Source of the DNA: Gemmatimonadota bacterium
GTDB lineage: Bacteria; JBHIER01; G020348925
Length of the DNA: 64,000 nucleotides
Direction: 5' to 3'
Assembly: GCA_020348925.1 (NCBI GenBank)
Contig: CP070758.1
Location: 3,797,688-3,861,687, forward strand
Part shown: in pieces, positions 38,332-48,504 of the stretch
Layout: each line of letters opens with the position of its first letter
Numbering within the stretch: position 1 is the stretch's first letter
The notes under the pieces: generated by a model
Told to the model about the DNA's origin: nothing
What the model saw: only the letters and a program-made list of their open reading frames with translations
Databases searched by the model: none
Made by a program: the position numbers and the translations under genes

Positions 38332-41300
38332 AATGACGTCTCTCCTTGCATTGGAATTGTGAAATAAAAAATGGACCCTTGCTCAGGTTGCGATCCAGCC
38401 CAGATTCGTCCTCCGTGACGTTCGACGATCTTTTTGCAAATGGCCAATCCGGCACCGGTACCCGGGTACTCATCCTTCGTGTGCAGACGCTGAAAAATGC
38501 GAAAGATCCTTTCCGTATATTGCGAATCGATGCCAATACCATTATCAGCTACGGAAAACCGCCACTCTCCATTGTCCCGCACCACACCAACGTGTATCTC
38601 AGGATTCATGGCACTGCGAAACTTGATGGCATTGCCTATTAAATTTTGGAACACCTGTACGAGTTGCGTTCCGTCAGCGACAACTGCTGGCAAGGCATCA
38701 TGAGTTACTCTGGCCTGACTCTCCTCGATGGCCACCTTCAGATTCACGAGGACTTGCTTGAGCACGTCCTCACACTTCGTCGGCTTAAAGGGCTTCCCTC
38801 GCGTTCCCACACGCGAAAAAGCCAGCAAATCATTGATAAGATTTTGCATGCGAACGGCCCCGTCGACCGCAAACCCGATGAATTCAGTTGCATCTGAATC
38901 GAGACGGTCTGAGTACCGCCGTTTGAGAAGCTGCATATAACTGGCGATCATACGCAGGGGTTCTTGAAGATCATGAGAAGCAATGTAGGCAAAATGTTCG
39001 AGCTCCTGATTGCTCCGTTCCAACTCAGTTGCATATTCCCGCAAGGCTTTCTCCGCTCGCACCCGTTCAGTGATATCGCGAAGAACACCCTGGGTGGCTA
39101 TACCACCTTTATATTGTATGTAGGACACCGAGGTTTCAACGACGACCTCTGTGCCGTCTCGGGACACGGCCGTAAACTCATATTGGGGCGGAACGGTCTC
39201 ACCCCGCTTCACTTTTTCAATGCGCTCCTCAATAACGGGCACACTTTTCGGCGACACCAGATTCATGAAATTAAATTCAGGGGCATTGGTTTCTTCTTGA
39301 TTGTATCCGAAGAGCTCTTCAAAACGTTTATTGATGATCTCGAACTTTCCATTGAACAACAGATAAATAGCATCACGGGACTGATCGATGAGGTTCCTGT
39401 ATTTCTCCTCCGACTCCCGCAACGCTTCCTCCGACTGTTTACGACCCGTTATATCACGATAGATACCGTAGAGAGCCACCTGCTCCTCCCCCACATTGAT
39501 CGGTGAAGCAAGCACCGATACATTGATCAACATACCATCTTTGCGGCGTCGCAGGCTCTCAATTGCAACGTTTTGACCATGCGTCACTTTATCGGTAATT
39601 GAAACCGCCTCGTCCCGGAGATTCTCGGGAGCAATAAGATCATCAATCGAGCGTCCGATTGCCTCCTCGCGCTCGTATCCGAAGAGCCTGACGAATTCAC
39701 TATTCAACCGCATAATTCTGCCGTTGTTATCAGCCATCACGATAGCCTCTTGGGCACTCTCGAACAGCTGCTCGAGATATGCCTTCTCAAGGCGCAATCC
39801 TTCTTCCTTCTGCTTAAATTGAATGGCCAATGCAATCTGATCCGAGACGAATTCGAGAATCTCCAAATGCTTTTCAGTATACCGTGAAACATCTCTGTAA
39901 CTTTGTACACCCACAGCACCGACAACATCCTGTCCCACCCGGAGAGGAACACCAACCCAAACTTTCGCAGGCGCTCCGACTTCTTCAACCTCACCCGTGT
40001 GCTTCAACTTCCTGATGTCCTCCTCTGTCAACAGAAGTGATGCGTCCTGACTTATGACATACGATATCAGTGATTTCCCGGCCGGGAATGAAGTGTAACT
40101 GTCCTTTTCATTGATGAAATAAGGAAGTGAAATAACGTCATTGTCTCTGTCATACAGGGCTATGAAGAAATTCGTTGTGTCCAAAACAGTGCCGAGAACA
40201 TGATGAATCGACTTGTACAACTTTGTGAGATCTTCGGTGGTATTGGCTGCATTTGAGATTTGATACAGAACACGTTGTATTTTCTCGGTTCGGACTCTGT
40301 CTGTGATATCACGGTAGATCCCATAGACACCCACCTGATCTTTGCCAACAATAATCGGCGAAGCCAAAATTGAAACATTGAACAGTCGACCATCTTTTCG
40401 TCGACGCAAGGTCTCTGCGGCAACTTTCTCTCCGCTCGATACAGTGGCCGTAATAGACTCGGCCTCTTCCAGGAGCTCACCCGGGGCGACGAGCTCGTCC
40501 AAAGATTGCCCAAGGGTCTCTTCGCGGGTGTAGCCAAACAGTCTGCGAAACTCACTATTGATGCGCTGAACATTCCCCTCCATATCAGCCATGACAATTG
40601 CCTCTTGAGCACTTTCGAAGAGTTGTTCAAGATACGCCTTTTCGATTCGCAGCGCTTCCTCTGCCTGCGTGCGTTCCGTTATATCCTCAACCGTTCCTTC
40701 GTAGTATAGGACATTTCCAGATTCATCACGGGCGCATCGGACACTCTCTCGAACAAAAATGGTTGTGCCATCACTCCTTGTCCAGGAGGCTTCAAGGCCT
40801 GTGACCTGTCCCTCCCGTTCAACACGCTGCTTGAACGTAGAACGACAATAATTGGGCTCAAATCCGGTTTCTTCTAAATTTCGATTCTTGAGTTCTTCAA
40901 AGGAAGAATAACCCAACATTCGGACCAGTGCGGGATTCGCCATGAAGATCTCCCCTTCTGGAGAGGTTCGATACAGACCTATCATTGAATTCTCAAAGAG
41001 GCTTCGAAATTGTTCTTCGGCATTTCGCAGGGCTGCTTCAGTCGTTTTGCGGTGGGTCACATCACGTGCAACTCCCTGAACAGCATAGGGAATTCCATCT
41101 CTGAATAACACCGATGACTCCGCTTCAACCCAAACGAAACTCCCGTCCTTTTTCCGAAGTTGATATTCCGTTGGCTTGCGCTCAACGCCTGTCTGCTTGA
41201 TCTCTTCGAGGGCTTTGTGAGCCTTCTCCAATTGATCGCCATCAAGAAGGGACGAAAAATCGAGGACAAGAATATCCTCTCTATTATAACCAAGCAAATC

Positions 41301-41522
41301 CAGGGCTGTTTGATTTGCGTCCAGGAACCGACCTTCAAAATCATGGACATACACACAGTAAAGAGAACGGTCGAATAAAGCCTGATATCGATCCTCGGAG
41401 AGGTGGCGTGTCCTCAAAGCCTGATCTGTTTTATCTTTCACGTTCTCCGGTTCAACACCGTTCCGATCTCCCTCTCGCGGCTCTTGTTTCCGCTGATCTT
41501 CCTCCGTATGGCCATCTTTCAT
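38328..41522 (-). CDS. Multi-PAS/GAF histidine kinase with Cph1/BphP-type transmitter
   Basis: Five PAS and one GAF domain; [33 protein letters not shown]....[14 protein letters not shown]. Confidence 0.93.
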   Translation of the reverse strand: MKDGHTEEDQRKQEPREGDRNGVEPENVKDKTDQALRTRHLSEDRYQALFDRSLYCVYVHDFEGRFLDANQTALDLLGYNREDILVLDFSSLLDGDQLEKAHKALEEIKQTGVERKPTEYQLRKKDGSFVWVEAESSVLFRDGIPYAVQGVARDVTHRKTTEAALRNAEEQFRSLFENSMIGLYRTSPEGEIFMANPALVRMLGYSSFEELKNRNLEETGFEPNYCRSTFKQRVEREGQVTGLEASWTRSDGTTIFVRESVRCARDESGNVLYYEGTVEDITERTQAEEALRIEKAYLEQLFESAQEAIVMADMEGNVQRINSEFRRLFGYTREETLGQSLDELVAPGELLEEAESITATVSSGEKVAAETLRRRKDGRLFNVSILASPIIVGKDQVGVYGIYRDITDRVRTEKIQRVLYQISNAANTTEDLTKLYKSIHHVLGTVLDTTNFFIALYDRDNDVISLPYFINEKDSYTSFPAGKSLISYVISQDASLLLTEEDIRKLKHTGEVEEVGAPAKVWVGVPLRVGQDVVGAVGVQSYRDVSRYTEKHLEILEFVSDQIALAIQFKQKEEGLRLEKAYLEQLFESAQEAIVMADNNGRIMRLNSEFVRLFGYEREEAIGRSIDDLIAPENLRDEAVSITDKVTHGQNVAIESLRRRKDGMLINVSVLASPINVGEEQVALYGIYRDITGRKQSEEALRESEEKYRNLIDQSRDAIYLLFNGKFEIINKRFEELFGYNQEETNAPEFNFMNLVSPKSVPVIEERIEKVKRGETVPPQYEFTAVSRDGTEVVVETSVSYIQYKGGIATQGVLRDITERVRAEKALREYATELERSNQELEHFAYIASHDLQEPLRMIASYMQLLKRRYSDRLDSDATEFIGFAVDGAVRMQNLINDLLAFSRVGTRGKPFKPTKCEDVLKQVLVNLKVAIEESQARVTHDALPAVVADGTQLVQVFQNLIGNAIKFRSAMNPEIHVGVVRDNGEWRFSVADNGIGIDSQYTERIFRIFQRLHTKDEYPGTGAGLAICKKIVERHGGRIWAGSQPEQGSIFYFTIPMQGETSL

Positions 41523-41704
41523 TGTGCGCCTCTCCTCAAACAGGCATTCCGCAAAAACATAAAATCAATCTTTGTGATCATACAGAATGTCTCTTGATCC
41601 CGTTAAATTGTATCACACAACATACTGAGTATCACCTCATGAAAACCATGGGATAGGATTGGCATAACGTTTTTTTACTCGAAACATGCTCACCTTTCAA
41701 AGAT

Positions 41705-41722
41705 ACATTATACATCAATGTC
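41705..41722. promoter_or_regulatory. Dyad operator ACATT-N7-AATGT, copy 2
   Basis: ACATTATACATCAATGTC, same orientation as copy 1, upstream of the kinase gene. Confidence 0.65.
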
Positions 41723-41751
41723 GAAACCCTTCGAAAAACAAACAGTCATTC

Positions 41752-41768
41752 CGCAATTTTCATGCCAG
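41752..41768 (-). promoter_or_regulatory. Sigma54 promoter of the kinase cluster
   Basis: Minus strand CTGGCATGAAAATTGCG. Confidence 0.75.
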
Positions 41769-41998
41769 GCATGGACTGCAATCGGTACGGCCCCGGAGAA
41801 TAATCAGCAAAACATTGAAAAACAATAGGATATAATATATTGACTTGGCACTATTTGACGATTCAGGAGAACAGTGATGAGACGGAGGAGGTTCTTATTG
41901 CAGAGGGTTTGGGTGTTCTCACCCACAAATTGCCACTTGAAGATTATTCAGGGGATCGCAGAGATCGGTGTCGGAGAAAGATTTCACAGGGCACTCTG

Positions 41999-42193
41999 TC
42001 AACCGATGCTCCGCAACCACCGGACCAGGAAGAGCACAACAGCAAAAACAATGAACAGCCACAGAATGTAATGACTTTTTATCGGCTCCTTCCGCCGGTA
42101 TTTTCGGAAGTTAAACCGCTTTTCCCCAGACTCTTCCTCAGAACTTTTTCGAATCGAAAAACGGCGAGGTCGGTGGTATCTTTTCATGCTCAT
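41999..42193 (-). CDS. Small basic protein with a C-terminal TM helix
   Basis: GAGG RBS, 15 bp after the epimerase stop, one hydrophobic helix. Confidence 0.55.
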   Translation of the reverse strand: MSMKRYHRPRRFSIRKSSEEESGEKRFNFRKYRRKEPIKSHYILWLFIVFAVVLFLVRWLRSIG

Positions 42194-42208
42194 GGTTTCC
42201 TCGAAAAA

Positions 42209-43246
42209 TCACACGATCTGTTCGTGTGACATTTCTTCTCTCCGCACGACTCCGAATCCTGGTCTCTCCGGTAAGATGAGTTGCCCCTCGTCCAGAAGGA
42301 CTCCTGTGAAGGGATCATTCGTTGTGAGCAGATTCCCGTCGAGATCGGCATAATCAACTGAGGGAGAAAGATGCGCAGCGGCGGTGATGGCTACGGAACT
42401 CTCCACCCGACATCCCAACATGATCATCATGTCGAGAGCCCGGGCTACATGAATCATTCGCAGGGCCTCACGCACCCCCCCACACTTCATCAGCTTGATA
42501 TTAATACCATCAATTCGGCCGACCAATTTCGGAATATCCTTTGCAATCCGGACGGGTTCGTCAGCAAAAAGGGGGAGATGGGTCCTCTTTTTCACAAATT
42601 CAAAACCTTCAAGATCATCGACCGGAACAGGCTGTTCGATAAACTCGACATCAAACGCTTCAAACCTGTTTATTTTTTCGACAGCCTCTTGCGGTGTCCA
42701 AGCCCCGTTGGCATCGACGCGAAGAACGGCTTGACTCTCCTCGCGAACCGCTTTCAGTATTTCAAAATCGTAATCCGTACCCAGTTTGACTTTCAAAACA
42801 GGGAAATCACGGACCTCTCTCACCTTCTGTCGGATGTGTTCAATCGTATCAATTCCTATGGTGAAAGAGGTTCGGCAGGCCTTCTCCTTGTCCAATCCGA
42901 AAAGTTGAAAGGCGGGGATACCCAGAAGCTTTCCCACAAGATCGTGCAAGGCCATATCAACGGCGGTCGCGGCGGCACGACTGTACGGCGAGATTTGTCC
43001 GAGACGATCCAAAATCGCCTCGATCTGGAAAGGATCGTCGCCCAAAACGGCAGCTGCTTTCGAAAGAAATTGGACGACGCTCTTCTGATCTTCCCCAAAG
43101 TATCCGGACGGAGCCGCCTCTCCGTATCCGACAACGCCCTCGTGAATTATTTCAATGAAAATATTGTGATACGCGTTGTGGGCTTCGCGCGAAATTCGAA
43201 AAACATGTCGCGTTCTCAAATCGAGGGGCTCATATTTCAGTCGCAC
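42209..43246 (-). CDS. Dipeptide epimerase family enzyme (L-Ala-D/L-Glu epimerase / DgcA-like, enolase superfamily)
   Basis: G.GEAAP, KVKLG, DAN, EQP, ADE, NIKLMKCGG, DLD; GTG start overlapping the upstream stop. Confidence 0.9.
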   Translation of the reverse strand: MRLKYEPLDLRTRHVFRISREAHNAYHNIFIEIIHEGVVGYGEAAPSGYFGEDQKSVVQFLSKAAAVLGDDPFQIEAILDRLGQISPYSRAAATAVDMALHDLVGKLLGIPAFQLFGLDKEKACRTSFTIGIDTIEHIRQKVREVRDFPVLKVKLGTDYDFEILKAVREESQAVLRVDANGAWTPQEAVEKINRFEAFDVEFIEQPVPVDDLEGFEFVKKRTHLPLFADEPVRIAKDIPKLVGRIDGINIKLMKCGGVREALRMIHVARALDMMIMLGCRVESSVAITAAAHLSPSVDYADLDGNLLTTNDPFTGVLLDEGQLILPERPGFGVVRREEMSHEQIV

Positions 43247-44292
43247 AGGGAGTCCTCCAGGGCATCCATCAATTTCGCCGCTCCGAATTTGATACAATCC
43301 GTAGTAGGAATCTTTGTTTCATCCTCGATCCGGTCAATCGTCTCCGCAATCTCCTTCTCAGTCAGATCGTAACAATTCAGGGCAATGGCAACCACTTTTG
43401 TCGTTCGTATCCAATGCGCCGCCTCCTCGTAGAGCCGAATCACTTGAGGAAGTGGCGGAATGGGGAACGAGGTATCTCCCAAATATTCTCCAATATACTT
43501 CCGGCTGGGTTGATGACAGAGAACCAACGCCTGGGGAGCACATCCATGAAGGAGGGCCAGGGTCACTCCTGAATATCCGGGATGAAACAGCGAACCTTGA
43601 CCCTCAACAAATATCCAGTCTGCACGGATGGAAGACTCAAGGACCATTTTTTCAACCGTACCTGCCATGAAATCGCCGGCAACCCTGTCAATGGCGACTC
43701 CCTTTCCCCAAACCAACATTCCGGTCTGTCCTGTGGGAATACAATCCGCTGCCAGCTCCCGCAGCCGAGCCTCTTTGAATAATTCAAAGGTCACCGTCAT
43801 CTTGCCCGTATCACAATCTGAACCGACAGTCAGGACAACATGCGAGTCGATGTGTCTCGCTGCTCCGGAGGCGATAGGAAGCTCTCGCGGAGGCTTTCGA
43901 AGGTCCTCTATGACGACTCCCTTTCTGCGTGCCAATGATGCAAACGCCTCATCGTCAGACAGGAAAAAATGGAGTCCGTTGACTATCGTCATCCTGTGTT
44001 CGATGGCCTCCCGAATAATATCTCTCCATTCTTCGGGCAAGACACCACCACGTGGTGCCACCCCAATCAACAAGGTATTCGGTCTGTATTGAAGTGCCTC
44101 TTCAAGGGAAGCTACGATCGGACACCCATTGCCGTAACCGATGATGTCATCGACGACGTTTCCGCTCTTCGTACTGTCAATGACTGCAACCACCTCATCA
44201 GGAATATACCGAAGAGCTCCGACCCCCGTCTTTGAACTGAAGGATCCGAAGGCACCTTCAGCCAAAATAACAATTCGTCGACCTTCATTCAT
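43237..44292 (-). CDS. DUF1611 protein (DgcN-like)
   Basis: KTG.G.LRY, IGVAP.GG.LP..W, NGLH, GSDC.TGKM, TGQTG, VEGQGSL.HP.YSGVT..LLHG..P. Confidence 0.88.
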   Translation of the reverse strand: MNEGRRIVILAEGAFGSFSSKTGVGALRYIPDEVVAVIDSTKSGNVVDDIIGYGNGCPIVASLEEALQYRPNTLLIGVAPRGGVLPEEWRDIIREAIEHRMTIVNGLHFFLSDDEAFASLARRKGVVIEDLRKPPRELPIASGAARHIDSHVVLTVGSDCDTGKMTVTFELFKEARLRELAADCIPTGQTGMLVWGKGVAIDRVAGDFMAGTVEKMVLESSIRADWIFVEGQGSLFHPGYSGVTLALLHGCAPQALVLCHQPSRKYIGEYLGDTSFPIPPLPQVIRLYEEAAHWIRTTKVVAIALNCYDLTEKEIAETIDRIEDETKIPTTDCIKFGAAKLMDALEDSLCD

Positions 44293-44337
44293 GGTTCGCC
44301 GCGACGCACAGAAAATCCCAACTTCGGCCAATCTTCA

Positions 44338-45012
44338 CTACACCAACATTCTCGCTATGAAATACAGTTGCGTAAATGAATATCCTGTAAAGAGAAAACA
44401 AAACGGTGTGACAAATGCGAAAAGAATCCATCCGATGATATTGAGACCGATCATAGGGCCCACAATGATGAGACCAAAGACGATGAAAATGCCGTATCGC
44501 TCCAGGCGCAGGAAGGAATACTCATACTCCGGCGGAAGAAATCTCAGTAAAATTCTCGAACCATCCAAAGGCGGAATAGGAATTAAATTGAAACACGCCA
44601 AGACCAAATTAATGATGACTCCTATTGCCAAGAAGCTCACCGGAATACCAAATACGCCCACGACTCCTGGGCGATACAAGAGTCGAAAAAGAATACCGCA
44701 ACAGAATGCCAAGATTATGTTAACAGCCGGCCCGCTCAATCCGACCCACATCATATCCCTTTTTGGATCTCGTAGATTGTACGGATTTACCGGTACTGGT
44801 TTGGCGTACCCAAACAAAAAGTGTGAGCCGCTCAAAAGCAGCATGGCCGGGAGCAGCACAGAGCCAAAAAGGTCGATATGCGGAAGAGGATTCAATGTCA
44901 GCCTCCCCGCGTATCGCGCTGTTGGATCGCCCAATCTGTCTGCCATCCAACCATGGCTTACCTCATGAATGACGACTGCGAAGAGTAGAACCGGTATGGA
45001 TAAAAGTGTCAT
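44338..45012 (-). CDS. Site-2 protease family (M50) membrane metalloprotease
   Basis: HEVSH, LGDPTA...GRLTLNP..HID, GP..N, FNLIPIPPLDG. Confidence 0.92.
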   Translation of the reverse strand: MTLLSIPVLLFAVVIHEVSHGWMADRLGDPTARYAGRLTLNPLPHIDLFGSVLLPAMLLLSGSHFLFGYAKPVPVNPYNLRDPKRDMMWVGLSGPAVNIILAFCCGILFRLLYRPGVVGVFGIPVSFLAIGVIINLVLACFNLIPIPPLDGSRILLRFLPPEYEYSFLRLERYGIFIVFGLIIVGPMIGLNIIGWILFAFVTPFCFLFTGYSFTQLYFIARMLV

Positions 45013-45223
45013 TTCCTACATCCGAGTTTTCGAGTTTCTCAGCCTTTTCCAGATAACGCCATCTCACTGTTAAATCGAACAGAATATAAGCTTACACTGT
45101 ACCAAGATCAATAGCTTTTCCATACAGCTGAAAAATTGTGGCACAACGACAGATTCTGTCTCCATCAAACAACCGCACGGAGCTTCGGCAGAAAGCGTTT
45201 CCAGGAAACGGGGCACGAGCGCT

Positions 45224-45730
45224 TCAGAGATCGAGTCGCCGTGTCCCGACATACCGCTGCTGAAAATACGGTGATTCGAATTTTGAAATTGTTACCCCCT
45301 GGCCCTCGCTTGCGTGCACAAACCGATTTTCTCCCACGAAGATCCCGACATGGGTTGCCCGCTTCCCATTTTCGGAGAAAAAGAGAAGATCTCCGAAGCA
45401 CCACCGCTTCCGTGCCACATGATATCCCATCGCAAAAAGCCCTTCAGTGCTGTGCGGAAGATCGATCCCAAGCGCTTGTTGAAAAACCACAACAACAAGA
45501 CCCGAACAATCAAGACCATCTTTACTGTCACCACCCCACTGGTACGGAGTGCCGAGATAGGCTGTGATGACTTTCTCGATTTTTTCGCGGCATTTTGCAA
45601 TCCTGCCCCCACACCTCGTGTCCCCTCGGAACGGATACCGGGGATACGGTCGGATGCCGGCACACCCCAACCCCACCCCATAGATCGCGAGCAAGAGAAC
45701 GACCCCATATCGACCGAGAATTGTGTTCAT
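45224..45730 (-). CDS. NlpC/P60 (C40) peptidase lipoprotein
   Basis: Lipobox GLGC; YLGTPY.WGG....GLDCSG, GDLLFF, HVGI, FVHAS. Confidence 0.92.
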   Translation of the reverse strand: MNTILGRYGVVLLLAIYGVGLGCAGIRPYPRYPFRGDTRCGGRIAKCREKIEKVITAYLGTPYQWGGDSKDGLDCSGLVVVVFQQALGIDLPHSTEGLFAMGYHVARKRWCFGDLLFFSENGKRATHVGIFVGENRFVHASEGQGVTISKFESPYFQQRYVGTRRLDL

Positions 45731-46049
45731 GAATCAGCGCACCTTTCTTTTCGTAACTCCGGTATTCAAATAAGGCGTGCTGAAAGCCTTATGTCAATGA
45801 AAATCCTCATGTTGAAAAATATGTTGCATAAAAATGAGGGAATCGCTATCTTACACGACTTGGAAATATCGAGTACGCTGAGGCGCTGAACAAAAGTCTG
45901 AAATGAGTGATTGCACGTCCCAAGTGGAGCGTCCGTATGTTTCCGGAACCTTTCGTTTGAGATTGTTGAGACGAGCCTCCGTGTAGAAGACACGGGATAT
46001 GCGATTGCTACGCTGGATCAACAACGTGTAAACATATCCTCTCATTTTT

Positions 46050-47171
46050 ATGCATCTCACACTGATAACAATCTGCCTCATCGGATTGGGATTTTTGTAT
46101 CTTTGCGGCATTGTCATACTCCTCATCGGCTTACACCGATTGAAGAATGGCATGAATAATGAAACGCCCTTCGTTTCCATTATCGTAGCCGCTCGTAATG
46201 AGGACAGACACATTGAACACTGCGTCACGGCCCTCATCGATCAGGATTATCCGCAGCAGCGATACGAGATCATCGTCGTGGATGACCGATCGCACGATCG
46301 TACGCCCGAGATCGTCAATACCATGTTGGAAAGATCCAAAAATCTTCGTCTGTTTCATGTTGGAACCGAACCCTCACCCCTTGTGGGGAAAAAACGGGCT
46401 CTTGATCTTGGCATACGACAGAGTCGAGGCGAGATCATTCTGACGACAGACGCCGATTGCCTGCCGAAATCAACGTGGATCGGCGGCATGATCAAGTACT
46501 TTGAACCGAGCGTGGGATTGGTGGCCGGTTACACATACACCGAAGAACCCGGAGAAAGGGTGACCGTTCTTCAAAGACTCCGGTCAGTCGAACGAATCTC
46601 TGTAGCGGCCGTTGCCGCCGGGAGTATCGGTTGGGGTCAAGGTCTCACGTGTACGGGCCAAAATTTGGCCTATCGAAAGAAGGTCTACTACGATGTCGGC
46701 GGTTTTTCAAAGATTGGTCATGTGCGGTCCGGAGACGATGACCTCCTTATTCAACGCGTGCACCGAAAAACCTCATGGCAAACCCGATATGCCGTATCGT
46801 CTGAAACCTATGTCCGGACAAAACCACCCTCAGGAGCCCGGCCGTACATTCAGCAGGAAAAAAGGCGGGCCTCAAAAGGATTTCTCTATCCCCCCTGGTT
46901 GACTCTCTCTCTCCTGGCCCTTTATTCATTTTACATCCTTCTCTTCGTTTCCTTGTGGATCTCTTTCTTCGATTGGAATCATTTTTCAATTGCATGGTAT
47001 GTACTTGGCGCCAAAGCGTTCGGGGAATTTCCTCTTCTTGTGAAAATATGTACTCTTCTCAATCGGAAAGATCTCGTCGTTCTTTTTCCAGTAGCAGAGA
47101 TCGTACATATACCCTATCTTATCATTTTCGGATTGTGGGGAACCCTGTGCACGTATTCGTGGAAAGAATAA
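46050..47171 (+). CDS. GT2 glycosyltransferase (processive-type motifs)
   Basis: SIIVAARNE, VVDD.S.D.T, KK.AL, TTDADC, SGDDD, QEKRRA (QxxRW variant), TMs at both ends. Confidence 0.92.
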   Translation: MHLTLITICLIGLGFLYLCGIVILLIGLHRLKNGMNNETPFVSIIVAARNEDRHIEHCVTALIDQDYPQQRYEIIVVDDRSHDRTPEIVNTMLERSKNLRLFHVGTEPSPLVGKKRALDLGIRQSRGEIILTTDADCLPKSTWIGGMIKYFEPSVGLVAGYTYTEEPGERVTVLQRLRSVERISVAAVAAGSIGWGQGLTCTGQNLAYRKKVYYDVGGFSKIGHVRSGDDDLLIQRVHRKTSWQTRYAVSSETYVRTKPPSGARPYIQQEKRRASKGFLYPPWLTLSLLALYSFYILLFVSLWISFFDWNHFSIAWYVLGAKAFGEFPLLVKICTLLNRKDLVVLFPVAEIVHIPYLIIFGLWGTLCTYSWKE

Positions 47172-47294
47172 TTCAAAGAACCCGGACGGTTCAAAAAATG
47201 TGTCAGACAGAGAAGTATTGAATGTATTTTATGTAACTTAGAATTATCAATGACGTGAAGCTCGAATGGAGAACCTTGCGCGACCGCCAACACC

Positions 47295-47334
47295 ATCATT
47301 CCGGCATTCCGGATCAGGTCCCTGCAGGAATGAT
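47295..47334. repeat. Short REP-like palindrome
   Basis: ATCATTCC...GGAATGAT inverted repeat between the GT2 genes, with ends similar to the element at 5144-5275. Confidence 0.4.
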
Positions 47335-47364
47335 TGCGAATAAAGAACGCGGCAGGGGAAAATA

Positions 47365-48504
47365 GTGTTTGGATTCATTCTCATTCTTTTTTTTCTGACA
47401 GCATTCTACGGTATTGAAGGACTCAAATTCCTTCGAGGTTTATCTCTTTTACGGCGGGGAACGAACGAAAGGGAATTTGTGGTCTCTGTCGTCGTAGCTG
47501 TGAGAAACGAGGAGCGAACAATCGGTGCGTGTTTGGAGGCCCTCCTGAGCCAGACGTACCCGAAGGGTAAATATGAGATCATTGTCGTCGACGATCAATC
47601 GACCGACAGGACATCGGAAATCGTGACATCTTATCTCCAGGACAATTCGAATGTGACCCTCCTCAAGATAGAAGAATCCACAGAGAACTGGGCGCCTAAA
47701 AAGTACGCCCTCAATGCGGGTATCGAAAAAAGCCGTGGGGAAATCATACTGACAACGGATGCCGACTGCCTCGTCGAGCCAACCTGGATCCACAGGATGA
47801 TCTCATATTTTGAGGAGGATATTGGAATGGTCGCGGGATTCTCACAAGTTGGTACCCCGGATGAAAAACTGAGCCTGTTTGGGAAACTTCAAGCAATCGA
47901 CTTTCTGGCCCTCATGACCACCGCCGCAGGCGCAATTGGAAACAACCTCCCGTGGGCCGCCTCCGGCCAAAATCTGGCCTATAGGAAGGAAGCCTTTGAA
48001 AGTGTCGGTGGGTTCGAAAGAATTCGACACCGCCCCTCCGGAGACGACGTCCTCTTGCTCCAACTCGTTTCAACTATGACGGAGTGGAAGATCCGATTCG
48101 CCACATCTGAGGAATCCTTTGTCACAACACGACCGGAAAAAACAGTGGGCGCTTTCCTCAATCAAAAAAGAAGGTGGGCTTCGAACAGCGGTATGCAAAT
48201 CGAACTCAATAAAAAATTCTTCGCTTACTTAGTGGTTACGTTCAGCCTCAATGTGCTCCTGTTCATAACCCTCCCTCTGTCTCTTGTTCTGGAGGACTTC
48301 TTTTTCGCTCCCTGGATCAGTTTTGTGGTCAAGGCCGGTGTCGACTTTGCCGTTATCGGAAAGGGGACACACATGTTTCGACGGCACGACCTCCTCGCAC
48401 TCTTTCCGATATGGGAACTAGTGCACATCCCCTACATCGTTGTAACTGGGATTTTGGGCACGACGGGCGGTTTTACCTGGAAAGAGAGATACTACAACCG
48501 ATGA
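47365..48504 (+). CDS. GT2 glycosyltransferase, paralog
   Basis: VAVRNE, VVDD.S.D.T, TTDADC, SGDD, QKRRW. Confidence 0.92.
   Translation: MFGFILILFFLTAFYGIEGLKFLRGLSLLRRGTNEREFVVSVVVAVRNEERTIGACLEALLSQTYPKGKYEIIVVDDQSTDRTSEIVTSYLQDNSNVTLLKIEESTENWAPKKYALNAGIEKSRGEIILTTDADCLVEPTWIHRMISYFEEDIGMVAGFSQVGTPDEKLSLFGKLQAIDFLALMTTAAGAIGNNLPWAASGQNLAYRKEAFESVGGFERIRHRPSGDDVLLLQLVSTMTEWKIRFATSEESFVTTRPEKTVGAFLNQKRRWASNSGMQIELNKKFFAYLVVTFSLNVLLFITLPLSLVLEDFFFAPWISFVVKAGVDFAVIGKGTHMFRRHDLLALFPIWELVHIPYIVVTGILGTTGGFTWKERYYNR

Noticed and set aside
42371..43372. 333-aa plus-strand ORF (likewise 54771-55748 and 28634-29482)
   Set aside because: Shadow ORFs of well-supported genes on the opposite strand.
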